Below, in pieces: positions 1 to 10,087 of a stretch of DNA of 64,000 bases (positions are counted from its first letter, which is position 1; every line of letters begins with the position of its first letter). The translations under genes and the position numbers were made by a program. The notes beneath the pieces were generated by a model. That model had not been told where the DNA came from and made no database searches. It worked only from the letters and a program-made list of their open reading frames with translations. The stretch lies in the NCBI GenBank assembly GCA_022823665.1, contig JAJEHN010000008.1, forward strand, positions 129,847 to 193,846. The letters run 5' to 3'. Source of the DNA: Thermoanaerobaculia bacterium (GTDB lineage Bacteria > Acidobacteriota > Thermoanaerobaculia > Multivoradales > Multivoraceae).

Positions 1-558
1 GTAGAGGTCGTGGTCCCGTACGAGGAGGCTGTAGGCCCCGTCGGGAGATGGCAAGGGCGGCGTCTCGTCCTTCTTCCCGTCCTTCTCGTCAGCCGGGGCG
101 GCCGGCGTTTCGACGCGCGAGCATTCGGCCCCGTCAACGGTGCACCGGAACGACTCGGGCCCCTCCTCGCCGGCGATCTGGAACGACACGTGGCCCTCGG
201 CCGACAGGTCGATGCTCTCGAACGGCAGCGCCAGCGGGTCCGCCGGTTCGTCGCGAAGCGCGCTCAGGGACGCCGCCAGCCGTGCGTGATCGAAGGCCGG
301 ACGCCGCCGCTCGCCGCTCGCCAGCGGCTCGACCCGCCAGTAGCGGTGACCGTCGCGGTCGTCGCTGCGATACCAGAACGCCTCGCCGTCGCCGATCCAG
401 TGCGGCGTCACCGTCTCGTTGAAGATCAGCGACGCAACGCCGAGCATCTTCGCCGCCCGGTCGTAGGCCGAGGCGGGCACCTCGTCCTGCGCCGCAAGGG
501 CAACCGCCGGCCCGGCCAGCACGATGAGTATCGCCGTCGGCAGGACGGCGCCTCGCAT
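1..558 (-). CDS. 5'-partial secreted protein (N-terminal 186 aa in window; Sec signal peptide MRGAVLPTAILIVLAGPAVALAAQD); possibly the N-terminal propeller region of an S9/DPP-IV-like peptidase
   Basis: Open frame on the minus strand from ATG at 556-558 to the window edge, with no stop; signal-peptide-like N-terminus. The track's 134..619 ORF in another frame carries no motif and is likely spurious. Peptidase assignment is a weak guess from sequence resemblance. Confidence 0.45.
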   Translation of the reverse strand, partial: MRGAVLPTAILIVLAGPAVALAAQDEVPASAYDRAAKMLGVASLIFNETVTPHWIGDGEAFWYRSDDRDGHRYWRVEPLASGERRRPAFDHARLAASLSALRDEPADPLALPFESIDLSAEGHVSFQIAGEEGPESFRCTVDGAECSRVETPAAPADEKDGKKDETPPLPSPDGAYSLLVRDHDLY

Positions 559-687
559 CCTCATTCCCGTCATTCTTCTCAAGACCCCTCAACTCAGCCG
601 CAGCCGGCCCGCGGTCCACGCCCCGGCACGTTCACGTTTGGTTACAGTCGTATACCAGTTTCACCGACCAGGAGTGCAACGGAACCG

Positions 688-1758
688 ATGTCTGAACTAC
701 CCCTCCCCCGTCCCCGCCTGCTCGTGTTTCTGCTCGCCGGCACGATCGGCGCCCTGGCGGCCGCACCGGCTTCGGCCTCCGACCGCCTCGAGATCCTGGG
801 CGACGATCCCGGCCTGAAACACCTGGGCGCCGAGATCGAACGTCTCGCCGAAGCCAGCCTCGGCACGGTGGGAGTCGCCGCGATCCACCTCGAGTCCGGA
901 CGCGGCGTGCTGCTCAACGGCGGCGAGCGGTTCCCGATGGCCAGCACCTACAAGGTGCCGATCGCCGTCGAGATCCTCGCCCAGGTCGACGAGGGCAAGC
1001 GATCGCTCGACGACCTCATCACGATGCAGACCGGCGATCACGTCGTCACGCACGGCGCCCTCAGCGACTTCTTCGACACGCCGGGCTCCCGCCTGACGAT
1101 CCAGAACGTCCTCGGCCTGATGCTGCGGATCAGCGACAACATCGCCACCGACCTCCTGTTTCGCGAGGCCGGCGGCGCCGAGGCCATCACAGAGCGGATG
1201 AGAGCTTCCGGCGCCGGGGGAATCCGTGTTGACCGGACGACCCGCGCATACATCGCGAACTGGCTCGGCCGCGACGACGCCACGGTCGCCAGGCCGATGC
1301 CGCCGGCCGAGTACAACCGCTTGGTGACCGGCGGCAACTCGAGTCAAGTGGACGAGCGCCGGCTGACCGAGCTGAAGCAGGCGTTCAACGCCGATCCGCG
1401 CGACACCGCGACACCCCGGGCGATGGCCGCTCTTCTGGGGAAGATCTGGAAACGGCAGATCCTCAGCGAGAAGAGCTCGGCCCTGCTGATCGACATCATG
1501 GCCCGCTGCGAGACCGGCGCGAACCGGATCCCGGGAGCGCTGCCGCCGGGCACGCCCGTCGCCCACAAGACCGGCACGATCGGCGAGTCGACGAACGACG
1601 TGGGCGTCATCACCCTGCCGGGCGACGCGGGGCACGTGATCACGGTCGTCTTCGTCAAGGAGTCCAAGCTGCCTTCCAACGAGGCGATGGAACCGGTGAT
1701 CGCGGAGATCGCGCGGGCCTCGCACGACTACTTCGTCTTTAATCGCGGCACCTCCTGA
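688..1758 (+). CDS. class A beta-lactamase family serine hydrolase (Sec signal peptide)
   Basis: Internal ATG of track ORF 10..1758. Motifs: SxxK (MASTYKVPIA), SDN (RISDNIATD), KTG (HKTGTIG), RDTATP omega-loop end. The canonical E166 position appears substituted (RRLTELK instead of RWEPELN), so it may not be a classical penicillinase. Confidence 0.85.
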   Translation: MSELPLPRPRLLVFLLAGTIGALAAAPASASDRLEILGDDPGLKHLGAEIERLAEASLGTVGVAAIHLESGRGVLLNGGERFPMASTYKVPIAVEILAQVDEGKRSLDDLITMQTGDHVVTHGALSDFFDTPGSRLTIQNVLGLMLRISDNIATDLLFREAGGAEAITERMRASGAGGIRVDRTTRAYIANWLGRDDATVARPMPPAEYNRLVTGGNSSQVDERRLTELKQAFNADPRDTATPRAMAALLGKIWKRQILSEKSSALLIDIMARCETGANRIPGALPPGTPVAHKTGTIGESTNDVGVITLPGDAGHVITVVFVKESKLPSNEAMEPVIAEIARASHDYFVFNRGTS

Positions 1759-2507
1759 TGCCCGAGGCCAGGGCCTCCACCCGTCTGCGGATCGCGGGCA
1801 TGCCGCGGCGACCCGCCGCCTTCCACGAGGCGCTGGCGGCCGAGGAGGGCCTCCGGAAGGCCAAGGGCGAACGGACGCGGGTTCGCCTGATGGCGTCCGG
1901 CTGCGAGCTGCTGCAGACGACCACCGTCGACTCGCTGATGATCAGCCGGGTCAGCAAACAGGCAGGAGTGGCGAAGGGCGCCTTCTACATCTACTTCGAC
2001 AGCAGGAGCGCCTTTCTCGAGGAGCTGTGCCGGGAGTACGTCGCCTACGAGATGTCGACGTTCCCCGAGTTGGAAGTCGACATGGACGCCTACGACATGG
2101 TGCGCACGATCGTCGCCTGGTACGCGGACGTCTTCCGGAAGAACTCCGGGATGATCCGCTGCCTGGTGCGCATGACCGATGTCGAGGAGACGTTCGCGGA
2201 GATCTGGAACCACAGGAACCGCGAGATCGCCGACCGGATCGTGTCGTTCCTGTGCTCCTTTCTCGACATCCGCCCGAACAGCGCGGGACCTTTGCGGGAA
2301 CTGGTGAACGCGCTCGGCGACGGCATGGACCAGGCGCTGTTCGCGCGACACCGCATCGACGATGCCTGGCACCACACGCCGGCAAAGCGGCGCTCGTTCG
2401 TCGACCTGCACAGCCTGATCATCTACCGGGCCGCGTTCGGAGGCGACCCCGAGTTGCCGAAGTCGTCCAGGTTCCGGCGGCTGGTGGAGCAGACGGGTCG
2501 GCGCTAG
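1758..2507 (+). CDS. TetR/AcrR family transcriptional regulator
   Basis: N-terminal TetR HTH (TVDSLMISRVSKQAGVAKGAFYIYFDSRSAFLEEL). Its start overlaps the stop of the beta-lactamase gene (ATGA), implying translational coupling. Confidence 0.8.
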   Translation: MPEARASTRLRIAGMPRRPAAFHEALAAEEGLRKAKGERTRVRLMASGCELLQTTTVDSLMISRVSKQAGVAKGAFYIYFDSRSAFLEELCREYVAYEMSTFPELEVDMDAYDMVRTIVAWYADVFRKNSGMIRCLVRMTDVEETFAEIWNHRNREIADRIVSFLCSFLDIRPNSAGPLRELVNALGDGMDQALFARHRIDDAWHHTPAKRRSFVDLHSLIIYRAAFGGDPELPKSSRFRRLVEQTGRR

Positions 2508-3709
2508 AAGTCCAGCGGCCGGCCGTCGAGCGTCGTGTACGGCGGAATCGGGTCGGTGGCGTGGAAGCCGAAGATCATGTCGCCGTGGTTCCCGTCCGGG
2601 ATCGCGGTCACGTCGGGCAGCCGGTGCTCCTCGACGAAGTCGGGGTCGAGATCGATGCCGAGACCGGGGCGGCGTCCCAGGTCCAACAGGCCGTCCTCGA
2701 CGGTCAGCGGCTCGCCCAGCAGGCCTTCGATGAAGCGGTTGCCGGTCTGGTCGACCTCCACGGTCAACCCGTGCCGGTGGGCCGCGACGACGTGGCCGTT
2801 GGCGATGACCGCCACCGGATCGCACCAACTGTGCGGAGCGAACTGGAGCCCCGCGTTCTTCGTCATCTCCGCGATCCTGTTCAGCTCGCTGATGCCGCCG
2901 CAGCGGCTGGCGTCGGCCTGCAGGATGTCCGCGGCGCCGCAGCGGATCAGCTCGCGGAAACCCTCGACGCCGAACTCGCACTCTCCCACCGCGATCGGCA
3001 GGCCGGCGACCTGCCGCAGCGCCACCAGGTCGTCGATCTCGAGCGGCTGGAACGGTTCCTCGAACCAGAAGATCCGGTGCTCCACCAGGTGCCGCGCCAG
3101 CGAGGTCGCCATCTCCAGGTTGTAGCGCCGGGTTCCGTCGGCCATCAGGTCGATCTTCGGGCCGACGGCGGCGCGGGTCAGGCTGACGGTTTCGCGGTCG
3201 TACTGCTCGTCGACGCCGGTGCGGAACTTGACCCGCCGGAAGCCCTTTTCGACCATGCGGACCGCCGTATCGGCGACGGTCTCGGGTGAGCTGTAGAGCA
3301 GGCCGCTGGCGTAGGCCGGCACGCGGGAGTCCTCGCCGCCGAGCAGTTCCCAGACCGGCTTGCCCTCCTGCTGGCCGAGAAGGTCCCAGAACGCCTGGTC
3401 GAGGCCGCCCATCGTCGTCAGCGCGACGCCCTTGCGGCCGTACCAGTTGGTGCGGAAGAACAGCCGCCACCACAGCCGCTCGATCTGGAGCGGATCGAGA
3501 CCGATGAGGAACGGGCGCAGGTGCTTGACGGTCACCTCCACCAGCTCGGGGTGGGAGTAGGCGGAGCCCGTCCCGACGCGGCCGTCGTCGGTGTGCACCC
3601 GGATCAGCGAAGCGAGGCGGCCCTTGACCCTGCCCCAGGGCCCCACCCAGCCCTTCCCCTCCGGGTATTCGAAGTAGAGATGGATGGTCTCGACGCGGTC
3701 GATTCGCAT
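2504..3709 (-). CDS. enolase-superfamily enzyme (mandelate racemase / muconate lactonizing enzyme family; sugar-acid dehydratase-like)
   Basis: MRIDRVETIHLYFEY N-terminus and MR/MLE C-terminal barrel motifs (EEP, AVGECEFG, DILQAD). GGAGG RBS 4 nt upstream of ATG 3709. The track ORF extends to 3748 but the MRIDR start is the family-typical one. Confidence 0.8.
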   Translation of the reverse strand: MRIDRVETIHLYFEYPEGKGWVGPWGRVKGRLASLIRVHTDDGRVGTGSAYSHPELVEVTVKHLRPFLIGLDPLQIERLWWRLFFRTNWYGRKGVALTTMGGLDQAFWDLLGQQEGKPVWELLGGEDSRVPAYASGLLYSSPETVADTAVRMVEKGFRRVKFRTGVDEQYDRETVSLTRAAVGPKIDLMADGTRRYNLEMATSLARHLVEHRIFWFEEPFQPLEIDDLVALRQVAGLPIAVGECEFGVEGFRELIRCGAADILQADASRCGGISELNRIAEMTKNAGLQFAPHSWCDPVAVIANGHVVAAHRHGLTVEVDQTGNRFIEGLLGEPLTVEDGLLDLGRRPGLGIDLDPDFVEEHRLPDVTAIPDGNHGDMIFGFHATDPIPPYTTLDGRPLDF

Positions 3710-3790
3710 GACGCCTCCGCGAAGATCGAAACATGACTCACGGGTCACTTCTGACTATACTGAACCCGATCACGGCAAGGAGAACGACGC

Positions 3791-5173
3791 TTGGCCAAGC
3801 GGGTCCCGCTGCGACATCTGCTGTTCTACGCCAGCCCGGGGATCCCGCTCGCGCTGTTCATCCCGCCGATGCCGGCGATCCTGGCCGCCTTCTACGCCCA
3901 GCACACAGCGGCGACCACTGCCGGCATCGGCACGGCGATGCTCGTCGCTCGGGTGGCGGACGCCCTGACCGATCCGCCGATGGGCTACCTGTCGGACGCG
4001 ACGAAGAGTCCCTGGGGCCGCCGCAAGCCGTGGCTCCTGGCGGGGGCCCTGCTCGGCATGGTCGCCATGTTGGTCTTCTTCATGCCGCCCGGGAGCGCCG
4101 GCAACTGGTACTTCCTCCTGGGGCTGCTCCTCTACTACGTCGCGATGACGGTCATGAACATCCCGCTCCGGGCATGGTCCAGCGAACTCTCCGACGACTA
4201 CAGCGAGCGCTCGCGACTGTCGCTCTACCTGACGACTGCGCTGCTCGTCGGGGGTCTCCTCTTCTTCATCCTGCCGCCGCTCCTTGCCCACGAATCCGTC
4301 GGACTCCTGTCGTCCGCCGAGTTCGACCTCGAGACGATGGCCCTGTTCGGCTGGATCGGCATCGTGCTGCTCCCGCTCCTGCTCGGGGCGGCCTGCGCCG
4401 GCACGCCGGTCGGTCGGAGCGCCGGCGAGTCCCAAACGTCGATCCTCGAGTCGTTCAAGGCCGTCCGCGGCAACGGCCCGTTCTGGTCGCTGATGACCGC
4501 GGAGTCGCTGAACTACATCGCCTCGGGCGTCTCGTACTCCGTGCTCATCCTGGCCCTGTCGAACTACTGGGGCTTCGGCGACCGGGTAGCCATCTTCCTG
4601 CTCATCGTCATCGTGATTCAGGTCATCGCGATGCCGCCGACCGGCTGGCTGGCGGTCAAGCTAGGCAAGCACCGGACGTGGGCGTTCGGCGTCCTCGGCC
4701 AGGCCCTCGTCTTCCCCCTGATCTTCGTCATGCCGCCCGGCGCTACGCCGTTCTTCGTCATCGCGCTGTTCGGCGCCGCGATCTCCATCTTCCAGGCCCC
4801 GCACATGATGATGCCGATGGCCATGCTGACGGACACCGCCGACTACGACCTGATGAAGAGCGGCAAGCAGCGCACCGGCAACTACTTCGCCCTCCAGCAC
4901 CTGATCTACAAGGGCATGAACGCGGTCGGCTACTCGCTGGGCTACTTCCTGCTCGCCTGGGTCGGCTACGACCCGGCCATCTCCGAGAACACGGCGTCGG
5001 CGAACGTCGGCCTCCAGGTCATCGTCGGCGTGGTCGCGCCGGTGTTCCTGCTCGCCTGCGGAATCGTCCTGTTCCGCTATCCGCTGACCGCGGAGCGCCA
5101 CGCCGTCATCCAGCGCTTCATCCGCCGCCGCGAGGAGCGGCTGGCGGCCGCTGACTCGCCACTGCCCCAATGA
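3791..5173 (+). CDS. MFS transporter, glycoside-pentoside-hexuronide (GPH/MelB-like) cation symporter family
   Basis: About 12 predicted TM helices and GPH-like motifs (DALTDPPMGYLSDAT, GRRKPWLLAG). Confidence 0.75.
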   Translation: MAKRVPLRHLLFYASPGIPLALFIPPMPAILAAFYAQHTAATTAGIGTAMLVARVADALTDPPMGYLSDATKSPWGRRKPWLLAGALLGMVAMLVFFMPPGSAGNWYFLLGLLLYYVAMTVMNIPLRAWSSELSDDYSERSRLSLYLTTALLVGGLLFFILPPLLAHESVGLLSSAEFDLETMALFGWIGIVLLPLLLGAACAGTPVGRSAGESQTSILESFKAVRGNGPFWSLMTAESLNYIASGVSYSVLILALSNYWGFGDRVAIFLLIVIVIQVIAMPPTGWLAVKLGKHRTWAFGVLGQALVFPLIFVMPPGATPFFVIALFGAAISIFQAPHMMMPMAMLTDTADYDLMKSGKQRTGNYFALQHLIYKGMNAVGYSLGYFLLAWVGYDPAISENTASANVGLQVIVGVVAPVFLLACGIVLFRYPLTAERHAVIQRFIRRREERLAAADSPLPQ

Positions 5174-6363
5174 CGCAGCCCGCGCAACCCGCGAACGCCG
5201 CCACGAGCATCGACCGCGAGCTCGACTCGCTGCTCGAAGGCCAGTTCGCGTCCGGCGCCAGGAACGCGGTGGCCCGGATCGAGGCGCCGGCGGCGGGCTT
5301 CGCCTGGGAACACGCCGCCGGCGTCGCGCGCGAGGACACCGGCGAGGCGATGACGCCGGAGCACCGCTTCCACACCGCGAGCGTCAGCAAGTCGATGACC
5401 GCGCTCCTCGTCGTGCAACTCGCCGACGAGGGCGCTCTCGGCCCCGAGGGCGTGGACGCGCACTACGTCGAGTTCGAGGTCTTCCCCGACGAAGTCCAGG
5501 AGCGCCTTCTCACCCGTGGCGGGGAGCCCGCCTTCTCCGGCGTCACGCTCCGGCACATGCTGTCGCACACGTCGGGCTTCCGGGACGCCTTCGTCGACGA
5601 CGGTTCCCGGACCTCGAGGGAAACCGGGCGGCCGGCGCCGGGATCGATCATCGGCAGCGACGCGACCCGCAACTTCACCGCCGCGTGGTCGCCCTGGCTG
5701 CCGGAGGGCGACTCGGCGGAAGAGCGCGGCGTCATCAACCACTACCTGTCGCAGCCCGGCATGAGCGAGGCCCTGTCCGAGCCCGGCACCACGTTCCACT
5801 ACAGCGACACCGCCTTCGTCCTGCTGACGCTGCTGGTCGAACGGGTGACGGGCAAGAGCTACCACGCCAACCTGAGAGACCGGATTCTCGCGCCCTGCGA
5901 TCTACGGGACAGCTACCTGGCCTACCGGGACGATCCGCCATTGGGGCCTCGCCGCCAGCCCGAGTCCGACGTCCATGCCTACGGCATACCGATGCTGAGT
6001 TCAGGCAAGAACCTGTCCTTCGACTGGGGCGGCGGCGGACTGGTCACGACCGCCGGGGACCTGGCCCGGTTTCAACGGGCCTTGGCGGAGCAGCGGCTGC
6101 CCGGGTCGAACCGGATCCTGCCCCGTATGATCGCCTGGACCCGGCCCGCCGGCCTGGCCGGGCTGCGAACGGGCGTCGGCCTCGGCCTGTTCCGCACCCG
6201 CTACCCCGGCGGCGAGCTGTGGGGCCACTCCGGCGCCTGGGGCGCCAAGATGGATTGCGACCAGGCTGCCGGCATCTACTTCGCCGGCACCGTCAACCAG
6301 GCGGGCGCAGCCGCCGGCTGGCACCACCCGTTGATCGCCCGGGTCGCCGAGCACATCCGATGA
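5170..6363 (+). CDS. beta-lactamase-fold serine hydrolase (class C / PBP4-like family)
   Basis: SxxK (HTASVSKSMTAL) and YxN-type context (HMLSHTSGF). Start overlaps the upstream MFS stop (ATGA). Confidence 0.8.
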   Translation: MTQPAQPANAATSIDRELDSLLEGQFASGARNAVARIEAPAAGFAWEHAAGVAREDTGEAMTPEHRFHTASVSKSMTALLVVQLADEGALGPEGVDAHYVEFEVFPDEVQERLLTRGGEPAFSGVTLRHMLSHTSGFRDAFVDDGSRTSRETGRPAPGSIIGSDATRNFTAAWSPWLPEGDSAEERGVINHYLSQPGMSEALSEPGTTFHYSDTAFVLLTLLVERVTGKSYHANLRDRILAPCDLRDSYLAYRDDPPLGPRRQPESDVHAYGIPMLSSGKNLSFDWGGGGLVTTAGDLARFQRALAEQRLPGSNRILPRMIAWTRPAGLAGLRTGVGLGLFRTRYPGGELWGHSGAWGAKMDCDQAAGIYFAGTVNQAGAAAGWHHPLIARVAEHIR

Positions 6364-6380
6364 GGTGAGGAGAAGAGACC

Positions 6381-7448
6381 ATGCGCCAGTTCATTCGACG
6401 ACACCCCTTCTGGAGCTTCTACGCGGCCGCCTTCCTGGTCGGCCTCCTGGCCTGGGTCTACCTGATGACGGTGGAGCTCGTGCTGCAGGGCGAGCGCGGC
6501 CCCGACTACAGCGCCTACGGCGAGTTCGTGGGCTACCGGGACGCGACCCGGGCGGCGCACCCGATCCTCCACCACCACGGCGACAGCGTCCTGCTGTACA
6601 TGCAGGCCGCCGCCAGCAAGATGCCGATCCTGCTGCCGATGTTCTCCTTCCCCTTCGCGCCGACGCTGGCCGCGCTCCTGATCGTGGGGATCGGCTGGAA
6701 ACGGCTCGGGCTGCGGGCGCTAGTCGGCCTCTACCGCCCGATCCGGGGCAACGTGAGCGCGCGGGAGGGAGCGCAGCTCTACGCCATCCTGGTCGGCTTC
6801 CTGGTCACGTTCGTGAGCAGCCTGCTGATCTTCGAGCAGCTCTTCGGCGACCCGGCGAAGGTACAGAACGCGGTCGCGCACATCGGCCTGCTCGACTGGC
6901 GGACCTTCATCGCGACCCTGCTGGTCGCAGGCTTCCTCAACCAGGGCGCGCTGCTCGAGGAACTCGGCTGGCGCGGCTACGCGCTGCCGCTACTCGTCCG
7001 CAAGTGGAGCAACCCGCTGCTCGCCTGCGTCGTGCTCGGCGTCCTCTGGGCGCTGTGGCACTTCCCGCGTGAGATCCCGGGGATCCTCTCCGGCCAGTCT
7101 CTGGCCGCCCTGGTGCAATGGCACCTGATCTTCTTCCTGTCGACCATCGGCATGACGATCGTCGCGTTCTACTTCGTCAATGCCGCCGGCGGCAGTGTCA
7201 TCCCGGCGATCCTCATCCACGGCGTCCTCAACCACGTCGGCAACATGTTCGGCGCCGAGCAGCTCGTGGGCCGCTCCTACGGCGGCATGATCGGGCCGGT
7301 CGGCTGGGCGATCGCCGGCGTCGTGGTCATCGCGCTGGTCGGACCGGACCTCGGCTGGAAGCGCCGGATCGAGGCCCTGGGCGACTCCGATCCGAGCCTG
7401 ATCTGGGCCGGTTCCGGCGAGACCGCGCCCTCGTCGTCAAAGGCCTGA
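6381..7448 (+). CDS. CPBP family intramembrane glutamic endopeptidase (CAAX protease / Abi-like)
   Basis: EExxxR motif (LLEELGWRGYA), FxxxH (LWALWHFP), HxxxN (IHGVLNHV); multi-TM. Strong RBS GAGGTGAGGAGAAGAGACC before the ATG. Confidence 0.8.
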   Translation: MRQFIRRHPFWSFYAAAFLVGLLAWVYLMTVELVLQGERGPDYSAYGEFVGYRDATRAAHPILHHHGDSVLLYMQAAASKMPILLPMFSFPFAPTLAALLIVGIGWKRLGLRALVGLYRPIRGNVSAREGAQLYAILVGFLVTFVSSLLIFEQLFGDPAKVQNAVAHIGLLDWRTFIATLLVAGFLNQGALLEELGWRGYALPLLVRKWSNPLLACVVLGVLWALWHFPREIPGILSGQSLAALVQWHLIFFLSTIGMTIVAFYFVNAAGGSVIPAILIHGVLNHVGNMFGAEQLVGRSYGGMIGPVGWAIAGVVVIALVGPDLGWKRRIEALGDSDPSLIWAGSGETAPSSSKA

Positions 7449-7461
7449 AGGGAGGCGAGCG

Positions 7462-8730
7462 ATGGATGTCCGTCACGACCTGATCGAACGTAGCGTCGCG
7501 CCCGACGCCTCCTGGATCCGGCCCGACATCTTCTCGGACGAAGCGCTCTACCGCCTGGAGCAGGAGAGGATCTTCGGCCGCTGCTGGCTTCTCCTCGGAC
7601 ACGAGAGCCAGTTGCCGGAGCCCGGCTCGTTCTTCCGTACTTACATGGGCGAGGAGCCGATTCTCGTCACCCGCACGCAGGAAGGCGAAATCCGCGCATT
7701 CCTCAACCTCTGTCGGCACCGGGGCGCCCAGCTCTGCCACGAGGATCGCGGCGTGGCGAAGTCCTTCAACTGCCGCTATCACGGCTGGGCCTACGCCTGC
7801 GACGGCAAGCTGCTGGCGGCGCCCGGGGAGCAGCAGCTCTACTACGGCGAGCTGGACAGGGAGGAGTGGGGCCTCATCCGGGTGGCGCAGGTCGAGAGCT
7901 ACAAGGGCCTCGTCTTCGGCAACTTCGACCCGGACGCCCCGCCGCTCGCCGACTACCTGGGCAACATGGCCTGGTACCTCGACATCCTGCTCGACCGCCG
8001 TTCGGGGGGCACCGAACTGCTCGGCGTGCAGCGCTGGCGAATCCCCGCAAACTGGAAGATCGTCGCCGAGAACCACGTGGGCGACGAGTACCACGTCGGC
8101 TTCACCCACGGGTCGCAACTGACGCGGCCCATCGAGAGTCGCGCGGCGCCGGCTCCGCTGGCCCGCGAGATCCGCCCCGAACTCGGCCACGGCATCGGCG
8201 TCGACATCATCCCCGAGGACCTTTCCCCCGGCGAGCGCGGCGGCTTCGACGAAGAGGTCAACGAGTACCTGCGGTCGATCGCCGGGGAGATGACGGAGCG
8301 CCTGGGCGAGATGAGGCCGCGCCTGTTCCCGATCCACGGTCTCGTCTTCCCCACCCTGGGCATGGTCCCGATCCTCAACTCGATCCGGGTGATCCACCCG
8401 AAGGGCCCCAACGAAATCGAACTCTGGTCCTACTGCATGGTGGACCGGGACGCGCCGAAGCGGGTTAAGGAGATCCTGGTCCAGCGATCCGTCTCGGCTT
8501 TCGGCCCGGCCGGCTCCTTCGAGCAGGACGATTCCGCCAACTGGACCGGCGTGACCCGAAACACAGCCGGCCACCAGGCCCGCAAACACCGCCTCAACCT
8601 GTCGATGGGACTGGGGCATGAAGGGGAGGTCGACGGACTGCGGGGCGAGGTGGGACTGACCGCGAGCGACATCAACCAGCGGGGCTTCTACCTGCGCTGG
8701 GTCCAGGAGATGACCGGGGGCCAGGCATGA
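7462..8730 (+). CDS. aromatic ring-hydroxylating (Rieske non-heme iron) dioxygenase, alpha subunit
   Basis: Rieske CxH...CxxH (CRHRG...CRYHGW) plus catalytic-domain His/Asp motifs (NHVGDEYHVGFTH). Confidence 0.9.
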   Translation: MDVRHDLIERSVAPDASWIRPDIFSDEALYRLEQERIFGRCWLLLGHESQLPEPGSFFRTYMGEEPILVTRTQEGEIRAFLNLCRHRGAQLCHEDRGVAKSFNCRYHGWAYACDGKLLAAPGEQQLYYGELDREEWGLIRVAQVESYKGLVFGNFDPDAPPLADYLGNMAWYLDILLDRRSGGTELLGVQRWRIPANWKIVAENHVGDEYHVGFTHGSQLTRPIESRAAPAPLAREIRPELGHGIGVDIIPEDLSPGERGGFDEEVNEYLRSIAGEMTERLGEMRPRLFPIHGLVFPTLGMVPILNSIRVIHPKGPNEIELWSYCMVDRDAPKRVKEILVQRSVSAFGPAGSFEQDDSANWTGVTRNTAGHQARKHRLNLSMGLGHEGEVDGLRGEVGLTASDINQRGFYLRWVQEMTGGQA

Positions 8731-9266
8731 CCCTCGTTGACGCGCAACTGCTGGCCGACCTGCAGTTCTGGTACGCGCGCGAGGCCCGCCTGCTCGACGA
8801 GCGCCGCTACGACCTCTGGCTCGAGACGGTGGACGTTGCGATCCGCTACCAGGTCCCGACCCGCTACTTCACCGCGCAGGCCGACATCACCGACTTCGGC
8901 GCCTGGACGGTCGACCGGGAACTCGCCCAGGCTTCCGACGTGCTGCTCATCGACGACGACCACGCCGGGATCAGCAAGCGGATCGAGCGGCTGCAGTCGG
9001 GGATGGCCTGGGCCGAGATGCCGCCGTCCATCACCCGCCGGATCGTCTCGAACATCGAGCCGGGCGAGGCGCAGGAAGACGGCGGCATCGAGGTCTTCTC
9101 CGCGCTGCTGGCGTTCAAGAGCCGCGGCCCGGACGAGCGGAGTTTCCTCACCGCCCAGCGCCGCGATCTCCTGATCCCCGCCGACGGCGACTTCCGCCTG
9201 CGCCGCCGCCTGGTGATCATCGACGATACGGTGCTCATGGGCGAGAATCTGTCGATCGTCCTCTGA
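8727..9266 (+). CDS. ring-hydroxylating dioxygenase beta subunit (SnoaL/NTF2-like fold)
   Basis: Size, position and ATGA overlap with the alpha subunit; NTF2-like beta-subunit sequence character. Confidence 0.75.
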   Translation: MTLVDAQLLADLQFWYAREARLLDERRYDLWLETVDVAIRYQVPTRYFTAQADITDFGAWTVDRELAQASDVLLIDDDHAGISKRIERLQSGMAWAEMPPSITRRIVSNIEPGEAQEDGGIEVFSALLAFKSRGPDERSFLTAQRRDLLIPADGDFRLRRRLVIIDDTVLMGENLSIVL

Positions 9267-9279
9267 GGAGAAAGCCGTC

Positions 9280-10050
9280 GTGTTCAAGTTCGATCAGAAG
9301 ATCTGCCTCGTCACCGGCGGCGGGTCCGGCATCGGCAGGGCCACCTGTCAGGCGCTGGCCGCCCGGGGTGCCCATGTCGTCGTCACGGACATCGACGAAG
9401 CCGCGGGATGCGAGGTCGCCGACGCGGTCGGCGGCGAGTTCGCGCATCTCGACGTCAGCGACCGGGACGCCTGGACGCGCGTTGTTGCCGAAATCGTCAG
9501 GGAGCACGGCGGGCTCGATCTGGTCCACCTCAACGCCGGCGTCACGACCTATCCAGCGGCCGGGGGTGGCTTCCCCGCCGTCGACATCGCCGCCATGCCG
9601 GCGGACGTCTACCGCCGGGTCATGAGCGCCAACGTCGACGGAGTCGTCTTCGGCGTGGGCGCGACCGTGCAGGCGCTGGAGAACCGGGGCGGCGGAGCGA
9701 TCGTCGTGACGGCCTCGGTTGCCGGGCTCGGCACGTGGGAAGTGGACCCCCTCTACACGATGACCAAGCACGCCGTGGTCGGCCTGGTGCGCGCTCTCGC
9801 ACCGTCTCTCGGCCAGCGCGGGATCACGCTCAACGCGATCTGCCCGGCCGCCGTCGACACGAAGATCTTCGGCCCCGAAGCCGAGGACTTCGTGAGGGAG
9901 ACCGGCCTTCGACTCATGCCGCCTTCCCAGGTGGCGGATGCCGTCGTCGAGGCAGTGGCCGGCGGCGAGACCGGCCAGTGCTGGGTCTGCTACGACGGCC
10001 ACGATCCGAAGCTCTACGTACCGGCTCCGCTTCCGGGCCTGGACGACTAG
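9280..10050 (+). CDS. SDR family oxidoreductase (cis-dihydrodiol dehydrogenase-like position)
   Basis: GTG start with GAGGAG RBS; TGGGSGIG Rossmann motif; catalytic YTMTK (YxxxK). Confidence 0.85.
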   Translation: MFKFDQKICLVTGGGSGIGRATCQALAARGAHVVVTDIDEAAGCEVADAVGGEFAHLDVSDRDAWTRVVAEIVREHGGLDLVHLNAGVTTYPAAGGGFPAVDIAAMPADVYRRVMSANVDGVVFGVGATVQALENRGGGAIVVTASVAGLGTWEVDPLYTMTKHAVVGLVRALAPSLGQRGITLNAICPAAVDTKIFGPEAEDFVRETGLRLMPPSQVADAVVEAVAGGETGQCWVCYDGHDPKLYVPAPLPGLDD

Positions 10051-10087
10051 GCGTCAGTGCCGCGTCCTGCGGCCGGCGCGAAGTACC

